This document shows, piece after piece, positions 34,064-46,679 of a stretch of DNA of 64,000 nucleotides. The notes below the pieces were generated by a model that worked only from the letters and a program-made list of their open reading frames with translations, did not search any database and was not told the origin of the DNA. This DNA is from Centroscyllium fabricii. Its lineage: Eukaryota. Location of the stretch: contig JBNRSN020000009.1 of the NCBI GenBank assembly GCA_051313645.2, forward strand, positions 83,452,001 to 83,516,000. The letters run 5' to 3'. A program made the translations under genes and the position numbers. Each line of letters begins with the position of its first letter. Positions within the stretch are counted from its first letter, which is position 1.

Positions 34064-37000
34064 ATGGAGCTAATGCTAAAACCAGCGACGTTAGAACTGG
34101 ATCCCCAAACACCAGGCGCCTCTAACACGTTTACGCTCTGGTTCAACTGCTTCGAGGCGTACCTCGAAGCTACCGCGTCGATCGTCCAGACGGACAGAGA
34201 CAAACTGCGCCTTCTCAACGCCCGGGTGGGCCCCCAGGTGTACTCAATAATTGCGGATGCTACATCCTATACTGAGGCGGTCCGAATCCTGAAGGCCGAA
34301 TATACCCGGGCACCGAACATCGTCTACGCCAGACACCTCCTGGCCACCAGAAAGCAGCAACCCGGGGAATCGGGCGTGGAGTTCCTACGAGCGCTGAGAG
34401 TCCTCTGCTGGGCCTGCAACTGTAAGTCACAGACGGCCTTGGTGCACTCCGAAAGCCTCATCAGGGACGCTAATGTTATCGGCCTCAGGTCAGATTATAT
34501 CAGACAGAGACTGTTGGAGCAGAATGGCCTGGACCTGCAGGCGACGATTGAACTTGCAAACTCGCTGGACTTGGTGTTACATAATATGGCCGCTTACTCC
34601 TCTGACCACTTGGGCACATCGCGGACGCCGCCATCTTGGACACAGCCGGCCGCATTGCGACCAGCGGATGAGATGACTGCGGCCACAACCTCCAAGGGCT
34701 CAAAGTGTTATTTCTGCGGCCAGGCTCAGCACCCCAGGAGAAATTGCCCGGCAAGAGACGCGGCCTGCTCCAAGTGCGGAAAGAAGGGCCACTATGCGAA
34801 GGTATGCAGAGCGGCAGCGCAATCGATCTCCAAACCGGGCAGCGCCGCGTGTGGCCCGTGGGGGCAGCCATCTTGGACACAGCCATCCCCCACACAGCCC
34901 GCCGCATGGGAGCAGACGCCATCTTGGACACAGCCATCTTACACACAGCCCACCGCGTGGCGGCAGCCATCTTGGGACCAGTCCCCAGACCTCTCAACCG
35001 ACTCGACCGACCCGATACTGGCCTCCATCACCTTTGACCAGAACAGGAGCCAACCACTCAGCAAATCGATGATGACAGTGTAGGTGAATGGGCAAAGTAC
35101 GGACTGCCTTTTCGACAGTGGGAGTACGGCGAGCTTCATACACCCCGATACGGTAAAGCGCTTCTCCCTAACAGTCACACCGGCTAGCCAAAAAATTTCG
35201 ATGGCTTCAAAGTCCGAATCTGCGGACGTCTGCGATCGCTGCGTTGTGACCCTGACAGTGCGGGGCGCGCATTTTCAAAATTTTAAACTATTCGTGCTGC
35301 AGCAGCTATGCGCTCCCTTACTGCTGGGCCTCGATTTCCAGTGTCACCTCCAGAGCATGACTATGGCGTACGATGGGCCCCTTCCCCCGGTCAGCAACCA
35401 GCGCTCCCCGCAGTGCCCACAGCACGCTACCTGCGGTCTCTCGACCCTTAAGGTTGCCCCTCCCTCACTCTTCGCCAACCTCACCCCGGACTGCAAGCCT
35501 GTCGCCACCAAAAGTAGGCGCTACAGTACCGGGGGCAAAGGTTCATTAAGTCTGAGGTGAAACGGCTCCTGAAGGAAGGGGTCATCGAGGCCAGTAATAG
35601 CCCCTGGAGGGCGCAGGTAGTGGTGGTAAAGACCGGAGCCAAGCACCGAATGGTCGTTGACTACAGTCAGACCATTAATCGGTTCACGCAGCTAGATGCG
35701 TATCCCCTTCCCCGCATAGCGGACATGGTGAACCAGATAGCACAGTATCGGGTCTTCTCGACCATCAATCTGAAGTCTGCGTACCACCAGCTCCCCACCC
35801 ACCCAGAGGACCACCACTATACTGCTTTCGAGGCAGACGGCCGCCTCTATCACTTCCTCAGGGTTCCGTTTGGTGTCACCAACGGGGTCTCGGTCTTCCA
35901 AAGGGAGATGGACCGAATGGTTGATCAGTACGGACTGCAGGCCACCTTTCCGTATCTTGATAATGTTACCATCTGCGGCCACGATCAGCAGGACCACGAC
36001 ACCAACCTCCAGAAATTTCTCCACACCGCCAAAAATCTGAACCTGACCTATAACACGGAAAAATGTGTGTTCAGGACAACCCGCCTGGCCATCCTCGGCA
36101 GTGTTGTGGAGAATGGGGTCATCGGTCCCGACCCGGACCGCATGCGCCCCCTCATGGAGCTCCCCTTCCCCCACTCCCTCAAGGCCCTGAAAAGGTGCCT
36201 GGGTTTCTTTTCTTATTATGCCCAGTGGGTCCCCAATTATGCGGACAAGGCCCGCCCACTTATTAAATCAACCTCCTTTCCACTGTCGGCAGAGGACCGC
36301 ACGGCCTTCTGCGGCATAAAACAGGACATTGCAAAGGCCGCGATGCATGCTGTGGACGAGTCCATCCCGTTCCAGGTAGAGAGCGATGCGTCCGACTTTG
36401 CCCTGGCCGCCACCCTTACCCAGGCGGGCAGACCCGTGGCCTTCTTCTCGCGCACCCTCCAGGGCCCCAAGACCCGACACTCTTCCGTTGAGAAGGAGGC
36501 CCAGGCCTTTGTTGAAGCAGTGCAACACTGGAAGCACTACCTGGCCGGCAAACGATTTACCCTGCTGACTGACCAACGCTCGGTCGCTTTTTTGTTCAAC
36601 AACAAAGAGCGGGGTAAAATCAAGAACGACAAGATATTGAGGTGGAGAATTGAGCTCTCTGCTTTCAATTACGATATATCTTGTACCAGCCCGGGAAATT
36701 CAATGAGCCCCCAGATGCCCTGTCCCACGGTACATGTGCCAGCGCACAAGTGGACCGTCTCCAGACCCTGCACAACGACCTCTGCCACCCGGGAGTCACC
36801 AGGTTCGTCCACTTTATCAAGTCCCGCAACCTCCCTTACTCCATCGAGGAGGTCAAGACCATGACCAAGAACTGCCGGGTCTGTGCAGAGTGCAAGCCGC
36901 ACTTCTTCCGGCCGGACCGGGCACACCTGATCAAGGCCACCCGCCCTTTTGAGCGACTCAGTGTCGACTTTAAAGGGCCCCTCACCTCCTCCAACCGCAA

Positions 37001-37941
37001 CATGTACTTTCTAAACGTCATTGACGAGTACTCGCGGTTCCCCTTCGCCATCCCCTGCCCGGACATGACCTCCTCCACGGTCATTAGGGCGCTGCACAGC
37101 ATCTTCTCCCTGTTCGGGTACCCCAGCTACATCCATAGCGACCGGGGGGCCTCTTTCATGAGTGACGAGCTGCGTCAGTTTCTGCTCGCCAAGGGCATCG
37201 CCACGAGCAGGACTACCAGCTATAACCCCCGGGGGAACGGACAGGTAGAGAGGGAGAACATCACCGTCTGGAAGGCCACCCTATTAGCCCTACGGTCTAA
37301 AGGCCTCCCAGTCTCCCGCTGGCAGGACGTCCTCCCCGAAGCGCTCGACTCCATTCGGTCACTCCTATGTACGGCCAATAACGCCACCCCTCACGAGCAA
37401 CTTTTTGCCTTCCCTAGGAAGTCGGCTTCAGGGACCTCGCTGCCATCATGGCTATCGTCCCCAGGACCCGTCCTGCTCCGGAAGCACGTGAGGAGCCATA
37501 AGTCGGACCCCCTGGTCGAACAGGTCCACCTCCTGCACGCCAACCCCCAGTACGCCTACGTGGCGTACCGACGGGAGGGAGGATACGGTGTCCATCAAGG
37601 ACCCGTCACCCTCGGGTGCCCCCGAGACCAGTAGGACCCATCAGCTCGCACCCCCCCCGCCCACCGCCACCTTTGGGGCACCAGCATCACGGTACGTCAT
37701 ACCCCTCGAGGCACCAGCACCACGGTACACCCACCCAGCACCTGCAGGCAGCACGGTATGGCCCCCTAACCTACACACCCGCCAGCCGGATGACGAATGG
37801 GAGAGCGCGCCAGTGACCGTTACCGCAAGGGGCCCCGCATCGGAGCAAACACCATCGCCGACACCCCCACCACCGACTCCGCCGCCAACAGTGCGCCGCT
37901 CAACAAGGCAGACCAGGCCACCCGACAGACTGAACATTTAA
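34064..37941 (+). pseudogene. Element B gag-pol (complete domain set, one stop and several frameshifts)
   Basis: Two knuckles CYFCGQAQHPRRNC / CSKCGKKGHYAKVC; CLFDSGS; FPYLDNV; VESDAS; SVDFKGP, IHSDRG, NGQVER. Confidence 0.9.
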
Positions 37942-38064
37942 TGGTTGCACAGCATTTACCCCGCCGGAATTTATTTAAAAAAAAGGGGTGAATGTGGTAA
38001 ACCACTGTGTTATATATCTGTACCATATCTCTAACCTTCTATGACCCTCTCTGTGTATATATAG

Positions 38065-39990
38065 GACATCATCAAGGCAACCATGCATGCTATTGATGAG
38101 TCTCTCCCCTTCCAGGTCGAAAGCGACGCCTCAGACTTTGCCCTGGCCGCCACCCTCAACCAGGCAGGCAGGCCCGTTGCTTTCTTCTCCCGTACCCTAC
38201 AGGGCCCTGAAGTCCGCCACTCTTCAGTGGAAAAGGAGGCCCAAGCAATCGTGGAAGCAGTGCGCCACTGGCGCCACTATTTGGCTGGTAAGCGTTTTAC
38301 CCTTCTTACTGACCAGCGGTCAGTAGCGTTTATGTTCCACCATAAACAGAAGGGTAAGATCAAGAATGACAAGATCCTCAGGTGGCAGATCGAACTCTCC
38401 GCCTTTGAGTACGACATTCTGTACCGGCCAGGGAAGCTTAATGATCCCCCGGACGCCCTGTCCCGAGGATCGTGTGCCAGTGCCCAGTCGGGTAGTCTGA
38501 AGACCCTCCACGCTAATCTCTGCCACCCGGGGGTCACCAGGCTCGCTCACTTCGTCAAATCACACAATCTCCCTTATTCCATTGCGGAGATCAAGGCGAT
38601 GACGCAGGAGTGCCCTGTCTGTGCTGAGTGCAAGCCCCAGTTTTACAGGCCTGACAGGGCGCACCTCATCAAGGCCACCCGCCCATTCGAGCGCCTGAGT
38701 GTGGACTTCAAAGGTCCCCTCCCCTCTACCAATCGTAACTCGTACATCCTCACTGTGGTCGACGAGTTCTCCCGTTTCCCTTTTGCATTCCCATGCCCAG
38801 ATATGACGAGTGCAACAGTGATAAAGCATTTTATCACGCTATTCGCCATTTTCGGCCTCCCCGGCTTCGTACACAGCGACCGGGAGTCCTCTTTTATGAG
38901 CGATGAACTGCGTCACTTTCTGCTCGCGAGGGGGGTTGCCTCGAGCAGAACGACCAGTTACAACCCCCGGGAAAATGGCCAGGTATAGTGGTTTAATGGG
39001 ACCATCTGGAAGGCCATTTCTCTGGCCCTTCGATCCAAAGGCCTTCCAACCTCCCACTGGCAGGAGGCCCTCCAGGATGCGCTCCACGCTACTCGTTCCC
39101 TTTTGTGTACAGCTACTGGTTGCACTCCTCACGAGAGACTCTTCTCTTTCCACAGGAAATCGACTTCGGGGATGTCGCTGCCGACGTGGCTTACCAACCC
39201 GGGGCCGGTCCTGCTTCGTAGACATGTCCGGGGGCACAAGACGGACCCTCTTGTTGAACGTGTGCACCTGCTGCATGCCAACCCTCAGTACGCTTACGTG
39301 GAGTACCCAGACGGGCATGAGGATACCATCTCGATTAGAGACCTCGCGCCCGCTGGAGACGTTCACGGGGAGTTGTTGGCGGAGCCCTTGCCCTCCCAGG
39401 TCGCACTTCCACAACAGGGGCCTACTTTTCATTCACCGGCGCACATTACATCGGGGCCCTTGCCACCTACAATGCACGACGGAGTTCATCACGTTGCTCA
39501 ACCTCCAGCGGCTGCTACACCACCACCAGATCTTCCTGCGTATGAACCTCCTCTTCCACCGGTGGAGTCCCTGTTCACTTCGGGAGCTCCGTCAGCATCT
39601 TTTCCGATTGCGACTACTCCTGCTTTTTCATGTGAATCGCCATTGCTTCGCAGGTCTTCTCGGACTGTTCGACCTCCTCAAAGACTGATAATGCAGTGCT
39701 GATGTTAGCCCCGCGGGACTTGTTTTTTAAGGAAGGGGTGAATGTGGTGAACCATTTAGTGTAGTTCACACTGTGTTATTATTGTATATAGTTTGTGCTA
39801 ATAAAGTTGTTCCTTTCTGTAAGGACCTGGACCAGCTGACCCCGCCTCCGGGTATGAGTATAAAGGAGGATGCTCCACCCACCTGACTCTCATTCCGGGC
39901 GGGACTCATCGCGGACCAGGTCTTGTTCTTAGCGAATAAAAGCCTTTGGTTACGATTCACCAAAGACTGGCGAAATTGATTAGCGCATCA
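38065..39990 (+). mobile_element. Element C: 5'-deleted Mag-like Gypsy (RNase H-IN plus 3' LTR 39743-39990) inside the 3' LTR of B
   Basis: RNase H-IN ORFs 38083-38988 and 39103-39702, PPT, distinct LTR TGTGGTGAACC...GCATCA; the B LTR resumes at 39991. Confidence 0.88.
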
Positions 39991-40501
39991 CCCTGTATAG
40001 CTTGTCTGGGCATGCCCGTGCTGACTCCGCCTGTGGCTCCTCCCCCCTGGACCAGGTATAAAGGTGACTGTCTCCCTCCCCCCGATCATTCCAGGAGCAG
40101 TCGACTAGCTGGGGCATGCCCATGTCTTAGCGAATAAAAGCCTTTTATTCATCCATAACTTCTCGTCTCCGAGGTTATTGATAAGGTATCAGTAACCGTA
40201 ATTACCAGTATGTATATAGTAATGTGTTCATCGGCAGCTCTGCACATTGTGTGTATATATATGGATGTATTCACCTGCAACTCTGTACCTTATGTGTAAG
40301 GCCAGGTCGGCCACACCTCTAACTCCTCCCCTCAGGTGGGAGCTGATAGGTGAGGGCCACCCTGCCCCCGCTCATTCTCGCCTTGAACTCGACAGGAGAC
40401 TAGCTCCATTATAAGTGAATAAAAGCCTGTAGTTTGGGTAACTACTCGTCTTTCTTGTCTGGATTGATGATAGGTCAATTTTATTCACTTAAATTTAAAA
40501 C

Positions 40502-41303
40502 ATGGAGAGTAACACAGTGAAACCGGATCGCCTCGATATTAATCCTCAGGCACCCGATGCTGCAAACAATTTTAAACACTGGTTCGGCCTGGTCGAGGCC
40601 TACATGAAGGCCGTAAAGGCAACAAGTGATGAGGACAAACTCCAGGTACTCTCATCACGGATCAGCGGTCGGGTGTATTCCTTTACCAGCGGCCTCAAGA
40701 CGTACGGGGAAGCTGTGAAAAAGCTAAAGGACTGCTACATGCGCCCGGCCCACTCGGTCTATGCCAGGCATGTTCTGGCGACCAGACAACAGCGACTCGG
40801 TGAGTCCAATGAACAATTCTTATTGGCGCTTCAAGCCCTCGCACGGGCCTGCGATTGCCAGCCAAGGACGGCGCAGGAGGAAGTGAACCTCCTAATACGG
40901 GATGCATATGTGGCTGGAATCAGGTCCAGCCAGGCCCGCCAGCGGCTGCTGGAACAGGACGCAATAACCCTTTCGAATGCGGTGGAAGGAGCACTCCGAA
41001 AGCTGGAGGCATATGGAGGCCACGGCAAACACGATACCCTTGATCCCTGGGCAGCACCGCGACAGGCCAAGACCCCCACGATGGCAGCGGCGGCTGCAAA
41101 GACACCGGCGGGGCAGAGAATTTACTTCTGCGGCCAGGGGAAGCACCCGCGAGCGCAGTGCCCCGCGAGGAACGCGACCTGCAAGCGGTGCGCGAAGAAG
41201 GGACACTACGCAAGAGTGTGCAAGTCCAACCCAGCATCCAGCTCCAGATCCAACAGTGCAGCCTGCGAAAACAGCGATGCCATTCCATGGCCTAAGGTAC
41301 AGT
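40502..41303 (+). pseudogene. Element A gag, 5' part
   Basis: MESNTVKPDRLDINP...ARHVLATRQQ...CKRCAKKGHYARVC; cut by element D. Confidence 0.88.
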
Positions 41304-41613
41304 TGTGGTAACCATATTGTATGTAATACCACTGCATTATTGTAATCAATAATGGGCTGCGTATATGTATACGCAGCCCTGTAATACCGGTGTAATACTG
41401 TAGGGAGCCAGGTCAGCCACACCCCTAACTCCTCCCCCAGGTGAGGCCTTATAGGTGGAGACTGGCCCAGGCTCCTCATTCCTGTTCAGATGTTCGTTCG
41501 GAGAGTAGCTCCAATCTTAGTGATTAAAAGCCTATAGTTACGGTAACTACTCGTCGTGTCTTTTAATCTCGAGGTATTGACGATACGTCAATTTTAATCA
41601 CTAAAAGTTTAAA

Positions 41614-44202
41614 ATGGAGAGCGGTGCAGTTAAGCCAGAGAAGCTGGACATCAGTCCCCAGGACCCTGCCGCCGCCACCACGTTCGAATACTGGTTCGGC
41701 CTCCTGGAGGCCTACATGGACGCCGCCAAGGCTACAACAGACGGGAACAAATTACAGGTTCTCCGGTCGAGGATCTCCAGCAGGGTTTTCTCCCTCATCC
41801 GAAATGCCTCAACCTACCCAGCGGCTGTGGCAAAACGAAGGAAGTGCTATGAGCGCCCGGTCCATTCGGTCTACGCCAGACATGTGCTCGCAACCAGATC
41901 ACAACTGCCGGGTGAGACCAACGAACAGTTCGAGCAGGTGCTCCAGGCCTTGGTATGGGTCTGTGGCTGCCAAGCACGGACAGCAGAGGAGGAGGCGAAT
42001 CTCCTCGTCCGAGACGCATACGTGACCGGCCTAAGGTGTGTGGAAGCTCGCCAGCGGCTGCTAGAGAAAGACACTTTGTCCCTTGAGGACGCGATGGCGA
42101 TAGCCAACTCTGTGGAAGGAGCCCAAAACAAACTGCAGGCATACAGCGGCACTAACCCGCAGGCCTACAACATGTGGGCCGCGCCACAACAAACCCAGGG
42201 CTGGGCAGCACCACAATGGGTCGAGACCCCCACCATGGCTGCGACAGCCACAAAAGACAAACGCTGCTACTTCTGCAGCCAGGGACTGCACCCGAGAGCG
42301 AGATGCCCAGCAAGGACAGCGACCTGCGAGAGGTGCGCCAAAAAGGGACACTTTGCAAAGGCGTGCAGATCAGCTCCAGCAGCGCCCAACTCCAGGTACA
42401 ACAGCGCAGCCTGTGAAAGCACCGACAGACACCAGGTAAGCTGCAATAGCAGCGCGATCCAGCGACGGTCCGGGGGTAGAAGACAAGCGCCCCCATCTCC
42501 CACCCCGATGCGGCAAAGGCCGGCCAAGCGCGACCCCCCAACGCAGCCGGCTGCGTGCGAATCACGGGCACCGCCAACCCGACCACCGCGTGCGAACCAT
42601 GGGTGCCGCCAACCCAGTTACCGCGGCCCGCTGCGTGCGAACCACGGGCGCCGCCAGCGTGCTCACAGCGGCCCACTGCGTGCGAACCACGGGCGCTGCC
42701 AACCCAGTCACCACGGCCCGCTGCGTGCGAACCACGGGCGCCGCCAGCGCGCTCACAGCGGCCCGCTGTGTGCAAACCATGGGCACCGCCATCTCACCCC
42801 CAGCAGCCCACCATGTGCGACCCCTTGGCGCTGCCATTTTGTCTCCAGGGCCCCACCATGTGCGAGCCAGGGGCGCCGCCATTTTGTCTCCAGGGCCCCA
42901 CCATTTGCGAGCCAGGGGCGCCGCCATTTTGTCTCCAGGGCCCCACCATGTGCGAGCCAGGGGCGCCGCCATTTTGTGTACAGCCCCGACCAGCAGGGGG
43001 CACACACACACGAAAGCACACGTCTGCTTCAGCCAGACCCAGAGTAAACCAGGACAGGCCACATACCCTGTCTAACTCTATAATGCCCATCAAGATAAAC
43101 GGCCATACTGTCAACTGCCTATTTGACACTGGAAGCACGGAGAGTTTTGTGCACCCCGATACAGTGCAGCGCTGCGGACTGCAGGTCCTGCCCACAAACT
43201 ACCAAGTCTCCCTTGCTTCGCAGTCACACACCGCGGACGTCACCGGCTACTGCTCCGTCACGCGTGTACCGAAATTTTAAATTGTACACCCTCCAGCAGT
43301 TGTGTGCCCCAGCCTTACTAGGTCTGGATTTCCAGTGCCACCTCAAGAGCGTGACAATGGAGTTCGGCGGGACCTTGCCCCCCCTCACCGTCAGTAGCCG
43401 GGACAATCCCTTCCCAAAGCGGAGCCCGGCCTGCGGCCTCTCTACCCTGAAAATCGACCCCCCCTCACTGTTCGCCAACCTCGACCCCAAGTGCAAACCT
43501 ATTGCCAAAAAGCGTCGGCGGTACAGAGCGGGGGATCGCACGTTTATCAGGTCGGAGGTCGGCCGTATGCTGAAGGAGGGGATAATCGAAGCCAGCACCA
43601 GCCCCTGGCGCACCCAGGTAGTAGTGGTAAAGTCTGGCGAGAAACAACGGCTGGTAAAGTCTGGCGAGAAACAACGGCTGGTGATCGATTACAGCCAGAC
43701 TATTAACCGCTACACCGGGCTCGACGCCTACCCCCTTCCCCGCATCTCGGAAATGGTCAATCAGATCGGCCAGTACAAGGTGTTCTCCACGATCGACCTT
43801 AAATCGGCGTATCATCAGCTCCCGATCTGGAAAGCCGACCGCCCCTACACCGCCTTCGAGGCGAACGGTCGGCTCTACCACTTCCTCCGGGTCCCCTTTG
43901 GCGTGACGAACGGAGTGTCAGTGTTCCAGCGGGAGATGGACCGCATGGTTGACCAAAACGAGTTGCAGGCCACTTTCCCTTACCTGGACAACGTGACCAT
44001 CTGCGGCCACGACCAGCAGGACCACGATGCCAACCTGGCCAGATTTCTCGACACGGCGGATAAGCTGGACCTTACGTATAACAAAGACAAATGTGTCTTT
44101 AATACAGACCGGCTCGCCATCCTCGGACACGTGGTGGAGAACGGGGTCCTCGGCCCCGACCCACAGCGTATGCGCCCCCTACAAGAACTGCCCCTACCTC
44201 AC
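41614..44202 (+). pseudogene. Element D gag-PR-RT (frameshifted); the integrase C-terminus resumes at 47925-48530
   Basis: Two CCHC knuckles, CLFDTGS, FPYLDNV; cut by element E. Confidence 0.88.
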
Positions 44203-46679
44203 TGTGATAAACCCGTTTATCATATGTATATAGTTAACTGACATGTATCGATATGTATCGATGTAATACCTGTACTGTAATGTGATTACTGGGACATGCC
44301 CAGGTTGGCTCCGCCCATGACTCCTCCCTCCCTGGAGGAGGTATATAACTGGCTACCTCCCATCCCCCAGCCATACCTGGGGACAGTCGACTAGCTGGTG
44401 CATGTTCCAGCTTGTAGTCAATAAAAGCCTAATTGTTTCTTCATCTAACTACTCGTCCACGAGGTCGTTATTTCAGGTCACAATTTTATTGACTACTTTT
44501 GAAAATGGATACCATGCTCAAGCCAGCAACGTTTGAATTGGACCCCCGAACACCAGGCACATCGAACACTTTTACACACTGGCACAGTGTCTTCGATGCG
44601 TATCTAAAAGTGAACGCAGCGGTCGTGGTGACCGAAGAGGACAAACGACGGCTCCTCAACGCCCGGGTGGGCCCTCAGGTGTACTCAATGATCGTGGCTG
44701 CCTCATCTTACATGGATGCCATCAGGATTCTCAAAGCCGAGTACAATTGGGCACCCAATATCATCCACGCTAGGCATATCCTTGCCACTAGAAAACAGCA
44801 ACCCGGTGAGTCAAGTGTAGAGTTTCTAAGAGCTCTGAGAATACTTTCGCGGGCCTGTGACTGCAGAGCGCTAAGAGCCCCGGTCCATGCGGACAGTCTC
44901 ATTAGAGATGCATATGTAACAGACCTCAGGTCGGACTATGTAAGACAGAGGCTGCTAGAGCAGAACGGCCTTGACCTGCAGGCAACGGCGGACCTGGGGA
45001 ATGCGCTGGATGTGGCCTCACTAAATCTGTCATCCTATTCGAGTAATTATACGGGCCCAGCCCCGCCATCTTGGACAACGCCGGCGCAACGACCGGCAGA
45101 AGAATTGATTGCAGCCGCCCACGCGAGGACGGCGGCCAAATGTTACTTTTGTGGGCAGTCTCAGCACCCGAGACGTAACTGCCCTGCTAGAGAAGCGACC
45201 TGTTCGAAATGTGGGAAGAAAGGACATGATGCAAAGGTCTGTAAAGCGACCACGAAATCGAAACCGGGCAGCGCCGCGTGTGGAACATGGGAGCAGCCAT
45301 ATTGGGCTCACCCATCCCCCACTCAGCACCCCTCGTGGCAGCAGTCGCCATATTGGACTCAGCCACCCCCTTCACAGTACACCGCATGGCGGCAGCCATC
45401 TTGGGAACCGGCCCCGGAGGACTACTCCTCGGATCAAGACGAATCGGCTGACCCAGTATTGGCATCGGTGACCCTCGATCAAGACAAGACTCAGCCACTA
45501 GAAAAATCAATGATGCCTGTGGAAGTCAACGGTCAAGAGGTGGTGTGCCTTTTTGACAGTGGGAGCACAGTAAGTTTTATTAATCCTAATACTGTAAAGC
45601 GCCTCTCTCTTAAAGTAATACCTGCGCGCCAGAGAATATCTATGGCTTCCAAGTCAGAATCTGCAGACGTCTCCGGGCGCTGCGCAGTAGCACTAAATGT
45701 CCAGGGCGCGCTGTTCAATAATTTTAGCTTTTACGTGCTGCCGCAGCTCTGCGCCCCATTACTCCTGGGACTGGATTTCCAGTGCCATCTCCAAAGCGTT
45801 ACCATGGTGTTCGGTGGGCCCCTTCCCTCGCTCACGGTTAGAAACCGCAGCCCAGCACGGCACCCCCGACGCACTACCTGTGGCCTCTCGACCCTTAAGG
45901 TCGCCCCTCCATCCCTCTTTGCCAACCTCACCCCAGACTGCAAGCCCGTCGCCACCAAGAGCAGGCGCTACAGTACTGGGGACATGGATTTTATAAAGTC
46001 CGAGGTGCAGCGCCTCCTAAAAGAAGGGGTCATCGAGGCCAGTAATAGCCGCTGGAGGGCGCAGGTAGTGGTGGTCAAAACCGGAGCGAAGAACCGGATG
46101 GTTGTGGACTACAGCCAGACTGTAAACCGGTTCACCCAATTAGATGCCTAACCCCTTCCCCGGAGAGCGGACATGGTGAACCAGATTGCGCAGTTTAAAG
46201 TGTTCTCCACCATAGATCTTAAATCTGCCTATCACCAGCTTCCCATCCGCTCAGAGGACCGTCTCTATACAGCCTTCGAGGCTGACGGTCGCCTCTACCA
46301 ATTCCTTAGGGTCCCGTTTGGCGTCACGAATGGGGTCTCGGTCTTCCAAAGGGAGATGGACCGAATGGTCGATTGGCACGGGCTGCGAGCCACTTTCCCG
46401 TACCTCGATAACGTGACCATCTGCGGCCATGATCAGCAGGACCATGACGCCAACATCCAAAAATTTCTCCACACCGCCAAAACGCTGAACTTAACCTACA
46501 ACACCAAAAAATGCGTGTTTAGCACCACCCGCCTGGCCATCCTCAGCAGCGTTGTGGAGAATGGGGTCATCGGTCCCGACCTGGACCGCATGCGCCCCCT
46601 CATGGAGCTTCCCCTCCCCCACTCCCCCAAGGCCCTTAAACGGTGCTTGGGATTTTTCGCTTACTATGCCCAGTGGGTC
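44203..46679 (+). mobile_element. Element E: 3'-deleted Mag-like Gypsy (5' LTR 44203-44482; gag-PR-RT 44505-46679) inserted in the RT of D
   Basis: TGTGA...TCACA LTR with TATA and AATAAAAGCC; single gag-pol frame with one TAA; FPYLDNV. Confidence 0.88.

Larger units (their letters stand above)
33765..40191 (+). mobile_element. Element B: Mag-like Gypsy inserted 9 bp into the 5' LTR of A (LTRs 33765-34041; 37993-38064 plus 39991-40191)
   Basis: TSD GTAAC (33760-33764, 40192-40196); matching LTRs; complete gag-pol domain order. Confidence 0.92.

Noticed and set aside
35081-35083. TAG between gag and protease of element B as programmed readthrough
   Set aside because: Elements D, E and A have a sense codon at this position (for example MMPVEVNGQ in E), so it is a nonsense mutation.
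37890-37941. Shared RRSxRxxRPPxRL C-terminal motif in several pol proteins
   Set aside because: Common basic tail of Gypsy integrases; not novel.
43626-43679. 27-bp tandem duplication in the RT of D (VKSGEKQRL x2)
   Set aside because: Absent from the sister elements; copy-specific mutation.
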